A stretch of 64,000 nt of DNA from Octopus vulgaris (taxonomy: Eukaryota), in the NCBI GenBank assembly GCA_951406725.2, contig OX597829.1, positions 51,832,001 through 51,896,000 of the forward strand, read 5' to 3'. The notes beneath the pieces are model-generated. The model worked only from the letters and a program-made list of their open reading frames with translations. It was not told where the DNA came from and ran no database searches. Shown here one piece after another: positions 51,031 to 62,114 of this stretch; position 1 is the stretch's first letter; every line of letters begins with the position of its first letter. Made by a program: the position numbers and the translations under genes.

Positions 51031-51905
51031 ATTATTTATACATGTGTGTGTGTGAAATCAATCGCATAACCGATTATTAACAATTAGTTTATCTTTCATT
51101 TTGATCCAATGCCGTTTGTTTTTGTTCGTCAACTCATGTGTATAAAGTTCGAAAGATCGCCAATTCTACTTAAATGCACATACATATATATATATCTCTA
51201 TAAACATAGTATACGTAAACGAACCAAATAGAAACTTTTGCACGTTCGTTCCATCTGCTGCAAATAGTAGTCATCTCTTTTATTTCACACACTACGGTCT
51301 ATAAATTAAAAAAAGAAAGAAAGAAAGAAAGAAATTATGCATCTAGGATACCGTAGTCCTGGAAACATTTTATAACATTAAACAAATATAGGGCGCTCAC
51401 GACTTGACTAATTCTGCTCATTCAGGCCTGACATGGAGTTAAACAATAACACATGTATGCAACAATGAAAACAGAAGTTAACAGAAGTCTAGATAATAAC
51501 GTATGCGTATGCATTGACGATTTCAGTCAATCGTGATTTCTATATTCTCACGAATGAAAGCTGCAGATGCAGCCAGAGTGACCATTATATTGCAGTAAAT
51601 AATACGATAAAATGATTAAATATGCATTAGCTATTGCGGTATAAATTTCCCCTCTGTTATTGTTATCTAGAGCGTATGCTTGCTTGACACTCATTTCATA
51701 ATCAATGGATTCATGCAAATGAGCTAACTAACAAAATGAGCAATGTAGGTCAGCAGCAACGATCCCGTACTGGATCGACTTGTATCAAGGAATAACATGT
51801 GCTATCTTCTATCCACTCATCTCTCTCTCTCTTTCTCTGCCCCTTTCTTTCTCTTTCTCTCTGTCACTCAGTCATTCTCTCTCCCCCTTTCTTTCTCTTT
51901 CTCTC

Positions 51906-51945
<40 letters not shown>

Positions 51946-52369
51946 TGTGTCTCTCTCTGTTTCTCCCTCATGATTCGAGATCCTTCTACACTGAAGCCAA
52001 GTACTGAGTAGCACTCACTTGGGGTATGATTTATCGATCCATATGGTAAATTGTCTATCATAGAAAACGAAAGTAGAATTCATTTCGTATTTCTTTTTTC
52101 TTAGCTTCCATTTTCAGCCACTGTTCCAATACTTAAACAATATTGAAATATCGTACATCATATAGCTGGTCCTCCACATTTTCCGATCCAAATTTCATCA
52201 ATCAGATACTTGAGGTTTTGTTTAAGACCAGTTCAACCTTGAACAAGCCAACATATCATCAAAGCCATTCCAGCTGTGACCACTGCTACTAGTGTATCAG
52301 AACTACATTGTTCTTTCGTCTATGCGTCATTGCTTGCACGTATGTGTGCGCTCACGCGTGCCTATACAT

Positions 52370-52407
<38 letters not shown>

Positions 52408-53348
52408 TTGTGTGTATGTGTGTGTGTATGTGTACTTTAATCATTTCAAATCGGTGGAAGTCACAAAGTGACTCAGGGGCCGAGAGTTTCCTACATTGCC
52501 AATGAGTCTGCCGTGCATGTTTGTATATATGCAAAAGCATGCCTGCATGTATCTATGTACGTATCCAGTGGGGGGTCTCGTTCGGAAGTTCCAGGATTTT
52601 GAGGAGTGTGAGACCACCTCTTTACCGCTATCATTTCCAGGTCTATTCTGGCCTGGACTAGTAGCCCCTGTCAGGATCCCAGCTATGGGTTGACTAGCAG
52701 ATGAGATGACGATCCATCTGAGCAGATGTAATGATCCATCAGGATGCGTAGTCAAACCACCTGGAGTGAGGGACCCCTAACTGTTATCACAACATCTTTT
52801 CAGGAGAGAGACAGACACTCTGATGTAAAAACCTGCAGTTTCACATGGCCACAAATCATCTCGCTTTGGCCTGTCTCTAAGGACTAGTCACAGAGACTCA
52901 GACAATGGTACTCGTGTCATACAAGTGCTTATCACTACAATCCAATGACGTACAGATGTCTCTTTATGGTGACCTCATTTGTCATTCCATCTACTGAAAG
53001 TCGTATGGCAATGCATGCACGTGTGCAGACCGAACCACTTGGAGGAAGTGTTCAGTAAGTTACAACTTCCGTCGTCTGTCACCTATGCTTCAAACCATAC
53101 AGACCTGAAGTGAGACTGAATAGTCATGTGTGAAGTCATGGACAGAAAGTCAGAAATGCCACTGACAATGAAGAAGCACAAGGAGACGGTAATTATCTGT
53201 GAAGATGAAGCAATCATCATAAATGTGTGTGTGTGTGTGTGCATGTGTAATGTGCAATGCGCGTGTGTATGCGTATACATGTATTCACTTACACATATAT
53301 GTACTTGTATGTATTTGTTTATATATACCTATACACATACATACATAC

Positions 53349-53910
53349 ATGGTGGCTGCCCCCTCGTTATCGAGTATAGCCATTGCACGAAGCTTAATCA
53401 ATGTTGTTATCGTGCAATGCCTGTGCAAGAAGATTTTTTTTAAAGTGAGGAAAGGCTGTGCACTGAGTCAATCCCACTCACTAAGCAACAGCAGCCATAA
53501 TCCGAAAAGAAGAACAAGTCAACATCTTCGGTAACCACTGAGCCGCAAGTTTTATGTCGGAGTTATCCCAGTTACCTGAGTTACCCTCTCCTAGAAGGAT
53601 GCCCTAACAAAGGCTAGGAGTCCTTCACTCCCAATGGTTTAAAACCACACGATCGGGTATTCAGTCCGATTATTTCTATGTCCCCGCGCATGATACAGCC
53701 TTAAGACATTTATTGGATGGCCGTTGACTCTCAAGAGTTCCTCCACCCTTTGACGGGTTTTGTTTTTCATCCCGCAGGGTGTCCAATACACACCCTCCTC
53801 ACCAAGCAAGGTTGGTGGGGTTGCCGGTTTAGTCGCCGACGACCCGATCATGCAACAGGTTGTACTGGATTACATGTTACCAGTAGCACTCGAAAGTGAC
53901 CTGACATAAC
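53349..53910 (-). mobile_element. Family E, copy 2 (longer 5' end)
   Basis: Inverted homologue of 49980-50481 with the same 3' terminus. Confidence 0.85.
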
Positions 53911-55194
53911 ATGCATATATACATACACACACACACACATACATACATACATACATTTATATTCCGAAGTGTACAGTATTTTACACCCATTATGGCTGAT
54001 CTTACCAATCAGTTTCGCCCTGGGGATTCAACGGAGTGTTAGGTAACAATCCGATTGTGTAAGCCTGCGATCATCAGAGCTAGCCGATATGAAATGAAAT
54101 ATGGCGACTGCTCTCTATTGTTGGAGGTGAATAGACACGTCCAGTTTGCGGTTGCTGTGAAAAAGATGATGAAACAAAACGATTAGGGGTTTGAGTTAAG
54201 AGTTATGCCCTTTGGTACCAAACCATAACCACTTGGGTGATTATGTTGCAAGTCGGCAAGAATTTTCTGGAAGTGTTTGTGGGAAATGTGTGTGTCCTTA
54301 AGGTTGGTGTTCTTGTGGAAATGGAATTTGTGTAGTGGTACTATATGTATAACCTTTGCAGGGCGTGTGGACATACACATCTGTGTTCGTTTGTGTGTTT
54401 TTCTTTTATCTATCAGTTAAGTTCGTAGACCTTCATGTGTACATGCGGTGAGGGTATGGGTAAAATGAGTGTAAGAGTTTATATTGGAGGCTGGGGTGGA
54501 AAACAGTCTGTTGGGTATGTGTCCGCCATGTTGGGACGTGCTTATTTATTTGTGGGTGCGTTAGTGTATGCCCTGGTCAAACTCTGAAGTGAGACTGAAT
54601 AGTCGTGCGAGAAGTCATGGACAGAAAGGCGGAGATAAGCAATAGAAATTGCTCAACTATCATTTGTTATTTTATCTAGAGAATTGTATTTGATTAATTG
54701 TAACAACTTTAAAATGTCATATTTGCACGAGAAAAAGCATAGATTTCTGTTTTAAGGTAATTTGTTAACTAATAAAATACGCCGCACTTCAATAAAGTTT
54801 GCTTTCTTTCTTGTTTCCAGAATGATGCTATGATGTTCCAGTGAAATTCGTATTTTGTATTCGAATTGCTAAGATAAAATGTGTACTTAGCTAGTTTAGT
54901 TGAATTATATAATTAAAAAAAAATATTTCTAAAGCTCTGTGTAAGTTGCAGTGACTCTTAAAGGAATTACATCTCATATCTGTTGATGTTATGACACTAC
55001 ATCTGTAAATAACGTTGCTTACTAAAACAATATCTCTAAGGGGACAAGTAGAAGTCGTTCTAAAGTTACAATTTAAGACAAAATGTGAAACTGACTTGCG
55101 TTCATACATGTTTGAACTTTTATGATTAACCTTTGTTTCTGTATTATTAACAATATCATTGCCACTACTTACGTTATCTTTCTGTTTGGATGCT

Positions 55195-55450
55195 GCACAT
55201 CACGTAGACTGACCGTGTAACCGCCAAAGGGGTCCTATTTGCATCTAGATATCCAGCCTTGTCATCTTACTACACTCTACCTCCTCTGGCTCGGTCACAT
55301 ATATCCCCTGTCAAATAAGCCCCCGAAAGGCCTCCAGCAAGAGAACAGAGGGCCGACCACGTCTTCGTTTCAAAGATATCTACGTGTGCGACATAAAATC
55401 TCTTTACTTAAACGTTGAAACTAGAAGGGTATTTCTCGTGATATCTCCAA
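55195..55450 (+). mobile_element. Old RTE-like LINE 3' remnant
   Basis: Peptide fragments PPKGVLF and GRPRLRFKD, typical of the RTE ORF C-terminus. Confidence 0.45.
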
Positions 55451-57628
55451 CATGAGATTGGAACTGAAGAGTTTAAAAAGACGAAAGGAGAAATTTAGAC
55501 ATGCTGATAAAGAAAAGTAAAATGAGGGGGAAAAACAACACAGGAAACTTAGTGGCTGAAGGCAGATCTGTCATTCATGTGTGGGTCTCTTACAGACACG
55601 ACACATGCCAACAAAGCCGAAGCAAAACTTTCTGATGCAAGCCAAAAGTATGCTTCCAATTCAAATATATGTGTGACGTGGGAGGGGAGGGAGCATGTGT
55701 GTAGTGTGCCGAATTTAAAGCAGTTGAGTGGTAGAATTATGATGTTCCTGCAGTTTTTCAGGTATTCTATCACAATTAGGTTTCCATATTTAAATCAATC
55801 GGCTTCTCACTTTTCAAACAGACATCACTTTTTCCCGCCTCAAGTGAAAGCGTTTAAAAAAAGGAAGAAACAAAAGCACGAAAAACAAAACAAAACATCT
55901 TCAATATTGACCATTTTAAAACGTTACATTACTATTCAGTTACACACGCGCGCGTGCGGACGCGCGTTTTGAGTGTTGTTTATATTCTTTTTACAAAACC
56001 TGTATATAAATATAAATTTAATGATTTCTGTCCAAATTGTAATTAATCAACGGATCTTTTCTAAAAGATGGACAGAATTTTCTACTTAACTAAATAATCA
56101 ACTGCCCTGGTGTATGTGTGTGATGTTACGAATATAAGTTATGAAAAGATACCATGAAAGAAGCTTACATTTCATTTTCCGTTACGGAATTGTTAAAGAA
56201 AACTACAAAAAAAAAATTTGTTTATTCTTTCCTTGTGTCTCACGGTTGCAAAGAACATGGGGGGGGGGAAAGTATAGTGTTGTATTGTTCAACCTTTTTA
56301 CTTGAGTATTAACGGGAGAATAAAGTAAAATGGTTAAAACTAGGGAGAGGAAGAGGGTCGCCGACTCTACATTCCAATGGGTGGTCAGTGGAGTTCCGGA
56401 AAAGTTACACTGCGTAAATGAATGAAAAATCGAGTGCAAATTTTGCTGGAATTGACACTTGAAGGTTTCGGAATAAATAAATGATATATTTTATTTAATC
56501 ATGGCGTCAATTAATTTAATCGAACAAAAAGAAAAAAAAAGTTTAAACAAAATGGATTAATAAAGAACGAGCTTAACGCTAATAAATCTTCAGCAATCTC
56601 TGTTTTTATTTCTCTCTTGGCTTTAATTGTTGTTGTATATGCATTAATAATAGCAATTAGGAAGATTAGAAATTATACCGTCGCAAACAATACCGTATAA
56701 TCTGTCTTAATTGCTCCTATTAAAATAAAGAAAGCATTATAAAATTTAGTATTATAAATTAATAATTATGTTAGAAACAATTACCGTAATTAACTGAAGT
56801 CGATGTAATCAATTATACCCTTACTTTCTCAATTTGAGACTGTGCCTCTGTAAGAAAATATTAGTAGCAATAACTATTGAGTACTTTATATATACACACA
56901 GACACACACACTCATCCATACGTACAAACATATATACACACACATTTATAGGTGTCTGTACGTCGAACCGTTAGACATGGGACAAATAGACATAACGTAA
57001 ACCTATAGACACGCTCTATATATATTTATGATCATGATGACGATAATACATATATATATATATATATATATGGAGAGAGAGAGAGAGAGAGAGAGTGCTT
57101 GTGTATGTATGCGTCTTATATATATCCATACATTATGACAGATATAGGGGGGGGGGGGGCATACTATTGAAGGAAATAAGCATAGATGCATATAATAAGC
57201 ACACACAATTATATAGTTATGTATGATATATATATAATGAATGACAGAAATAGAGGGTGTGTGCTAGTGCTTATATATACGTAATATATGAGAAAAATGC
57301 TTCGCATATATATTTTATTACATACTTCCTACCATCACCCACTCATTCACGTATTTATATGGTTAGATTCCGATCAAAACACAAAGAAAGATAAAATAAG
57401 TCACAATGAAGAGAAAGAAAAGGAAAATAGATATCTTTTAAAAGAGATCTTAAATTAATTAACAAAGAACGAACCGAACCAATGTTCGTTCCTTGTTAAT
57501 TAATAATTCGCTTATCACTTCTTATTGCTTTGTGGTGGGGGGAAAATATTCATATTACTATATAAATATTTTATATATATTATATATATTTTATATATTG
57601 TTGCTGTTCGCGTCATCCATATAATAAA

Positions 57629-57640
57629 TGTCACGTGACA
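57629..57640. promoter_or_regulatory. Palindromic extended E-box TGTCACGTGACA (CLEAR/USF/MiT-TFE type) in the putative Jupiter promoter
   Basis: Perfect 12-bp palindrome in a locally CpG-rich patch ~540 bp upstream of the ATG. Confidence 0.5.
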
Positions 57641-58176
57641 CGCACTCGTTTCGGTCGCGCGATCATCATCATCATCACCATCACTACCATCATCACCGTT
57701 ATCATCATCGTCATAACAACAACAATAACAATAGTAATCAGCAGCAGCAGCAGTAGCAACCAGTAGTGCCGAGAAGCAGCGCTTTCAATCGCAGAGTCTC
57801 TCTCTCCCGACCTTGTCGCCCGCCGTATGTCTGTTACTCGCAATTGTATTTAGTACTGTCGAAGCCTATTCACACACACACACACGCATATTCCTCTCTC
57901 TCTCTCAATTGTATATGTATATATATCCATATCTAGATCTTCATCTGCATCTACGTTGTCCCTTCTTCCATCTAAGACAGACATTGTCAACACAGCAGCC
58001 TCAAATCTGATCAACCGTTTTGGCTTGGCTAAACCAAACCAAACCCCAGAGTGCAGCACACACAGCCTTATATATTAATTAATATATATATATACACATT
58101 TACTTTTTTGTTGTGGTTTTTTGGGGTTGTTTTGTCTTTTTTTTTCCAACTGGATCAAAAAGGTAAAAAACGGAAT

Positions 58177-58229
58177 ATGACTTCCACAGAAATAAGATCG
58201 GGCTATAGCGAAAATAAACCATCATCGAG
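58177..58229 (+). CDS. Jupiter: Jupiter/HN1-family microtubule-associated protein, coding exon 1
   Basis: Encodes MTSTEIRSGYSENKPSS plus AG, followed by a GTAAAT donor (phase 2). Joins exon 2 in frame to give SSRVLKPPGGG. Confidence 0.9.
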
Positions 58230-58439
58230 GTAAATATTCCATGCTTTCTTTAAAAATTTCTTTTCGTTCACAATGTGTGTATATATTTGAATTATGCATC
58301 TGTATATATGTTTCTGTATGTTCCATGCATATCTATGTATATAGACATATGTAGATCTCTCCATCTCTCTCTCTCTATATATATATATAAATAAATATAT
58401 ATATATATATATCTTCCTACTCTCTCTCTCTATCTATAC

Positions 58440-58493
<54 letters not shown>

Positions 58494-58828
58494 AGTTTAT
58501 TAGATAAGCAGACAGACATATAGAACGGTAAAGAGGAGTTACTATTTGTATTTTATAGTATTCAAAGAATATATACATATATCTAAAAGTACCTATTTAT
58601 ACATACTTCTACTGCTTATCTTTGTTCCCCCTGGTACAAGCTATGAAGGTATGTAAGCGGGTAGGCTTTCTTTTTCTCTCTTATCTCATACATTTTCCCT
58701 GGTTTCAGTTACCTTGTATTATTTCAAGCATTCGGATAGCAACATTTTGAATTGATGATGTTTCTTTAGAGCTGTTGTTGTTTTATCAAATCTAAAAAAC
58801 CTGAGGAGATTCTAGTGAAACGATGCTT

Positions 58829-59132
58829 TATTTATTATGGCTCCTTGTCAAACGATCAAGGAAATGAAGGGATACGTGTACGTACATTCTGCTGATTCAG
58901 TGTGTGCGGACTTATCAGACTATGTGTTTGTGTGTGTGTGTAATATATGGGTGTGGATAGTCTGACATTACACACACACACATAACTCTGTGTGTGTGTG
59001 TGTATTCTCTGATTATCCCCACCCATATATTATACATACTTACACTCACACTTCGTGTGTCTGCAAGAACATATACACATATCCATTATATCCCTCATTT
59101 CCTCGTTCGTCTGGCAAGATCCATAATAAATA
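58829..59132 (+). other. Nested imperfect hairpin in Jupiter intron 1
   Basis: Outer ~45-bp stem plus an inner ~44-bp ungapped stem (58940-59033). Confidence 0.75.
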
Positions 59133-59769
59133 GTTGGTACTAACAGCAGGGTATATGTGTATTGTTGTGTGTGTGAGAGAGATAGATAATGTGTGTGTGT
59201 GCGTCTAGAGAAGAATACCATTCGTTCCCACCGAAGAAAACTGGTAAGGAAGTGCATTGGAACCACCTTACGAAAATAGTTCCAGCTGAAGTCTGTTTAA
59301 GGTAAACTCAAAAAAAGCCAACCCAGTGCAGACTTATATTTATTTTGTTGTGCACTTCTGTGATATATAAAGTGAACGTGTGTTTTGATGATACTTTAAT
59401 GAAAGGATGATGTTTCGAAAGACCTCTTGGCAACAGGAAATGCATTCTAAAATTAATGGTATATTAATAATTATAACTTAATGAGATTCGAATGAGGTTT
59501 TAGTCATCTTGTTAACCTCATCTATTTAAAATTTGTTATCTAGAATGTTTTTTGGACTATTCTTTCTTTCTTCCTGTCTCTGTCGGTGATAAAAGATAGG
59601 ATCCGATATCGTAATCTAGCCGAAGAGAACGGCTGTGTTGGAAACAGACACCTTGGTGACGATCGGAAGAGAGGCCTTTATTGAAATGTATATTTCCCCT
59701 ATAGAAATAATATATAAATATGTTTTTATTAAATGAATGTGAGATCGATTTAACCATTCATTCTTTCGA

Positions 59770-60065
59770 GAACGATAAAATACTAGTCCAGTACTGGAGT
59801 CGATGAAATCGGCTTTTGCCTTTCCACCAAAATTCCAGGCCTTGTACCTATGGTAGAAAGGATTGTCGGGTGGCAAAGCGAATCTTTTAGAGCTGTCAAA
59901 CAAAATGCCTTGCAGGCATTTTTTGTCGATTCCTTACGTTCAGAGTACAATTCCCACCCGAGTTCGATAAAACAGAGTACCAGCAGCTGAACACTGAGTG
60001 GTCGATGGCATCGATTAAATCGCCCTCCCCGCCTCAAAATTCCTGGCCTTGTGTGCCTAAATCAT
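59770..60065 (+). mobile_element. Diverged family-B-like SINE pieces in intron 1
   Basis: AAATTCCAGGCCTTGTACCTATGGTAGAAAGG tail followed by a second degenerate copy. Confidence 0.6.
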
Positions 60066-61884
60066 AAAAACCGTTGCAGTAATGTAAATTGTGTGTTGGA
60101 AATAATGGACGAGACGTGGTGCGTTTGTCAGGTTTGAAAGTTTCGACAAAGGAAAAGAGATTCAAATGACAGCAGCGTTTTGTGTCTATTTTCGTTCGGT
60201 TGGCGTCGTTCTTACCATTCCACCATCATCACTTCGCAGAACGTCCACATCACCGAAGACGATGTCACCAATGCTCTAGGGAAAGGCATGAATACTACAC
60301 ATTCTCTCCCCCCCTCTCTCTCACTTGATGGCCTTTGTAATAAATACATCAGACTTTGTTGTTAATTATTATCTTGATAATATTTCTCCATCTTCAATGT
60401 TTTAGTTTATACCAAACCATTTTATTTTACTGTGTCTTGGAGGTATATATATATAAATATAATCAACTAATGAGGGTGAGAAAGTTGGATACTAATTTAA
60501 TAGTACATCCATTTAACACCATATATACCCGTTTAGACGACACTAAGATAATAATAAACTCGGTTTTCTAACAATTTTTCCCTCCCTAAAACAAAAATGG
60601 CATCGCACTGACTTTTACACAAATTAATAATTGTTGTGTAAATAATATTAAGGTTCATAAAGCAGCAGTTTATAAATTCTTAAGAATAAAGACTTTGCTT
60701 TTTAGCAATTGGAATGTGTATCTTTCAATCTGCTAAGCTTTATGAATTGATAATTTTCAGTTGTGTCTATTCTGGTTGGATGTTTTGTTTCAATTTTACA
60801 TTTATTTTTAACGACTAGAATTTTCTAAATATTTAGGAGAAGTCTTTGTTTTGCAGTTTTCTGTTTTTCACTGGCAGCGCAAGATTTTAGCAGCAAATCT
60901 TCTCTCTTTTCGTCGATTTTCTTTTGTCTTTTTTTGTTGTGTTTGATAAAAAATAAATTAACAGAAATAAAATGAGTTGACTGTTTAAGAACAAAAAAAC
61001 CCAAAATCCTGGATGTAACTCCATCAAATAAAGGCCATCTCCCTCGGGTTAAGAATAGCTTTTCTTAAAAAATTTAGATGTCTTTTTGGCGCTGCTTATT
61101 CGTCTCGCTAATAAGGTCTATTCATTAGATGAGTTCGTGTGTAATAAATGAAATATTTGGGCTTAAGAATGAGAAGCCTGGTTGGTGAGGAAATGGATAG
61201 ACGCACCGACATGACTAATAATATACTAGAAAGAAAAAAAAAAAGAAAAAGATAAACAAAATCAGTTTCCTTTACAACTAAAAATTAGTTGATGATATCT
61301 CAACTAATACACTTAACTTCCCCGTTCAGGATATATTCACTTTGTGGCCCATTCAAACATATTTTTGTATGGATGCATGAATGGTTTTTCTCTTGTTAAT
61401 ATAATGAAGGGCGAAATTCTTTCATTAATGTCTTATGTTGTGGGATGGTCGTTCAATAATGCATGGCATTTCTAGAATGCAACAAATACCCAGTTAGTTA
61501 TAAATTCTGGTTGTTTAAGAATTCAAAAGCTGTAATACTAGTTAATAGTACTATTATTAGATTTCTTGTATGGTGACGTTTTCATTTTGTAAATTGACAA
61601 CTGGTTCTTTTAAAAGTTCCAACATTTTCCATATTTATTTTTAATCTGATGAATAGGTTTCCTTTTTGTTTCTTCAATCTAATGTCTCAAGCTATCGGAG
61701 CTGATCTAAAAATTACCTTAGAGGTTTTTAAACTTCACTAGTTTATTTTTTATAAAGGGCTAGGGGTATGTGTAGTATTGCAAAATACTTCAGGATATTT
61801 TATCTTTTTATTTACTATATTAAATCTTATTTACTGATAAAATTTTAAAGTTTTAATTTAATCTATTTTTTTGTTTGTTTGTAG

Positions 61885-62114
61885 GGTGCTGAAACCACCC
61901 GGCGGAGGAGAAAGTAATATATTTGGTCCTGCAGTAGCGGGATCATCTGCAAATAGCAAAGTGAACCGCATGGAATCTAATGTGTTTAAAGAACCGGATA
62001 CAAAACCTCAGCCTGCAGCAGCATCCAAGAAAGAAGATACCCATAATAACTTATTCGGCGAGCAAAAACTGAAAGTTAGGACTGATTTTAATGCTGCCAC
62101 CGTGAAGGGTCAAG
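61885..62114 (+). CDS. Jupiter: Jupiter/HN1-family protein, coding exon 2 (gene incomplete; no further exon found in the window)
   Basis: TTTGTTTGTAG acceptor. Encodes (R)VLKPPGGGESNIFG...RMESNVF...THNNLFG, the PPGG and SNIFG repeats of Jupiter/JPT1/JPT2. CAAG|GTAATT donor (phase 1). Confidence 0.92.

Noticed and set aside
51715-51724. Octamer motif ATGCAAAT
   Set aside because: Expected by chance in 64 kb of AT-rich DNA; no nearby promoter or snRNA evidence.
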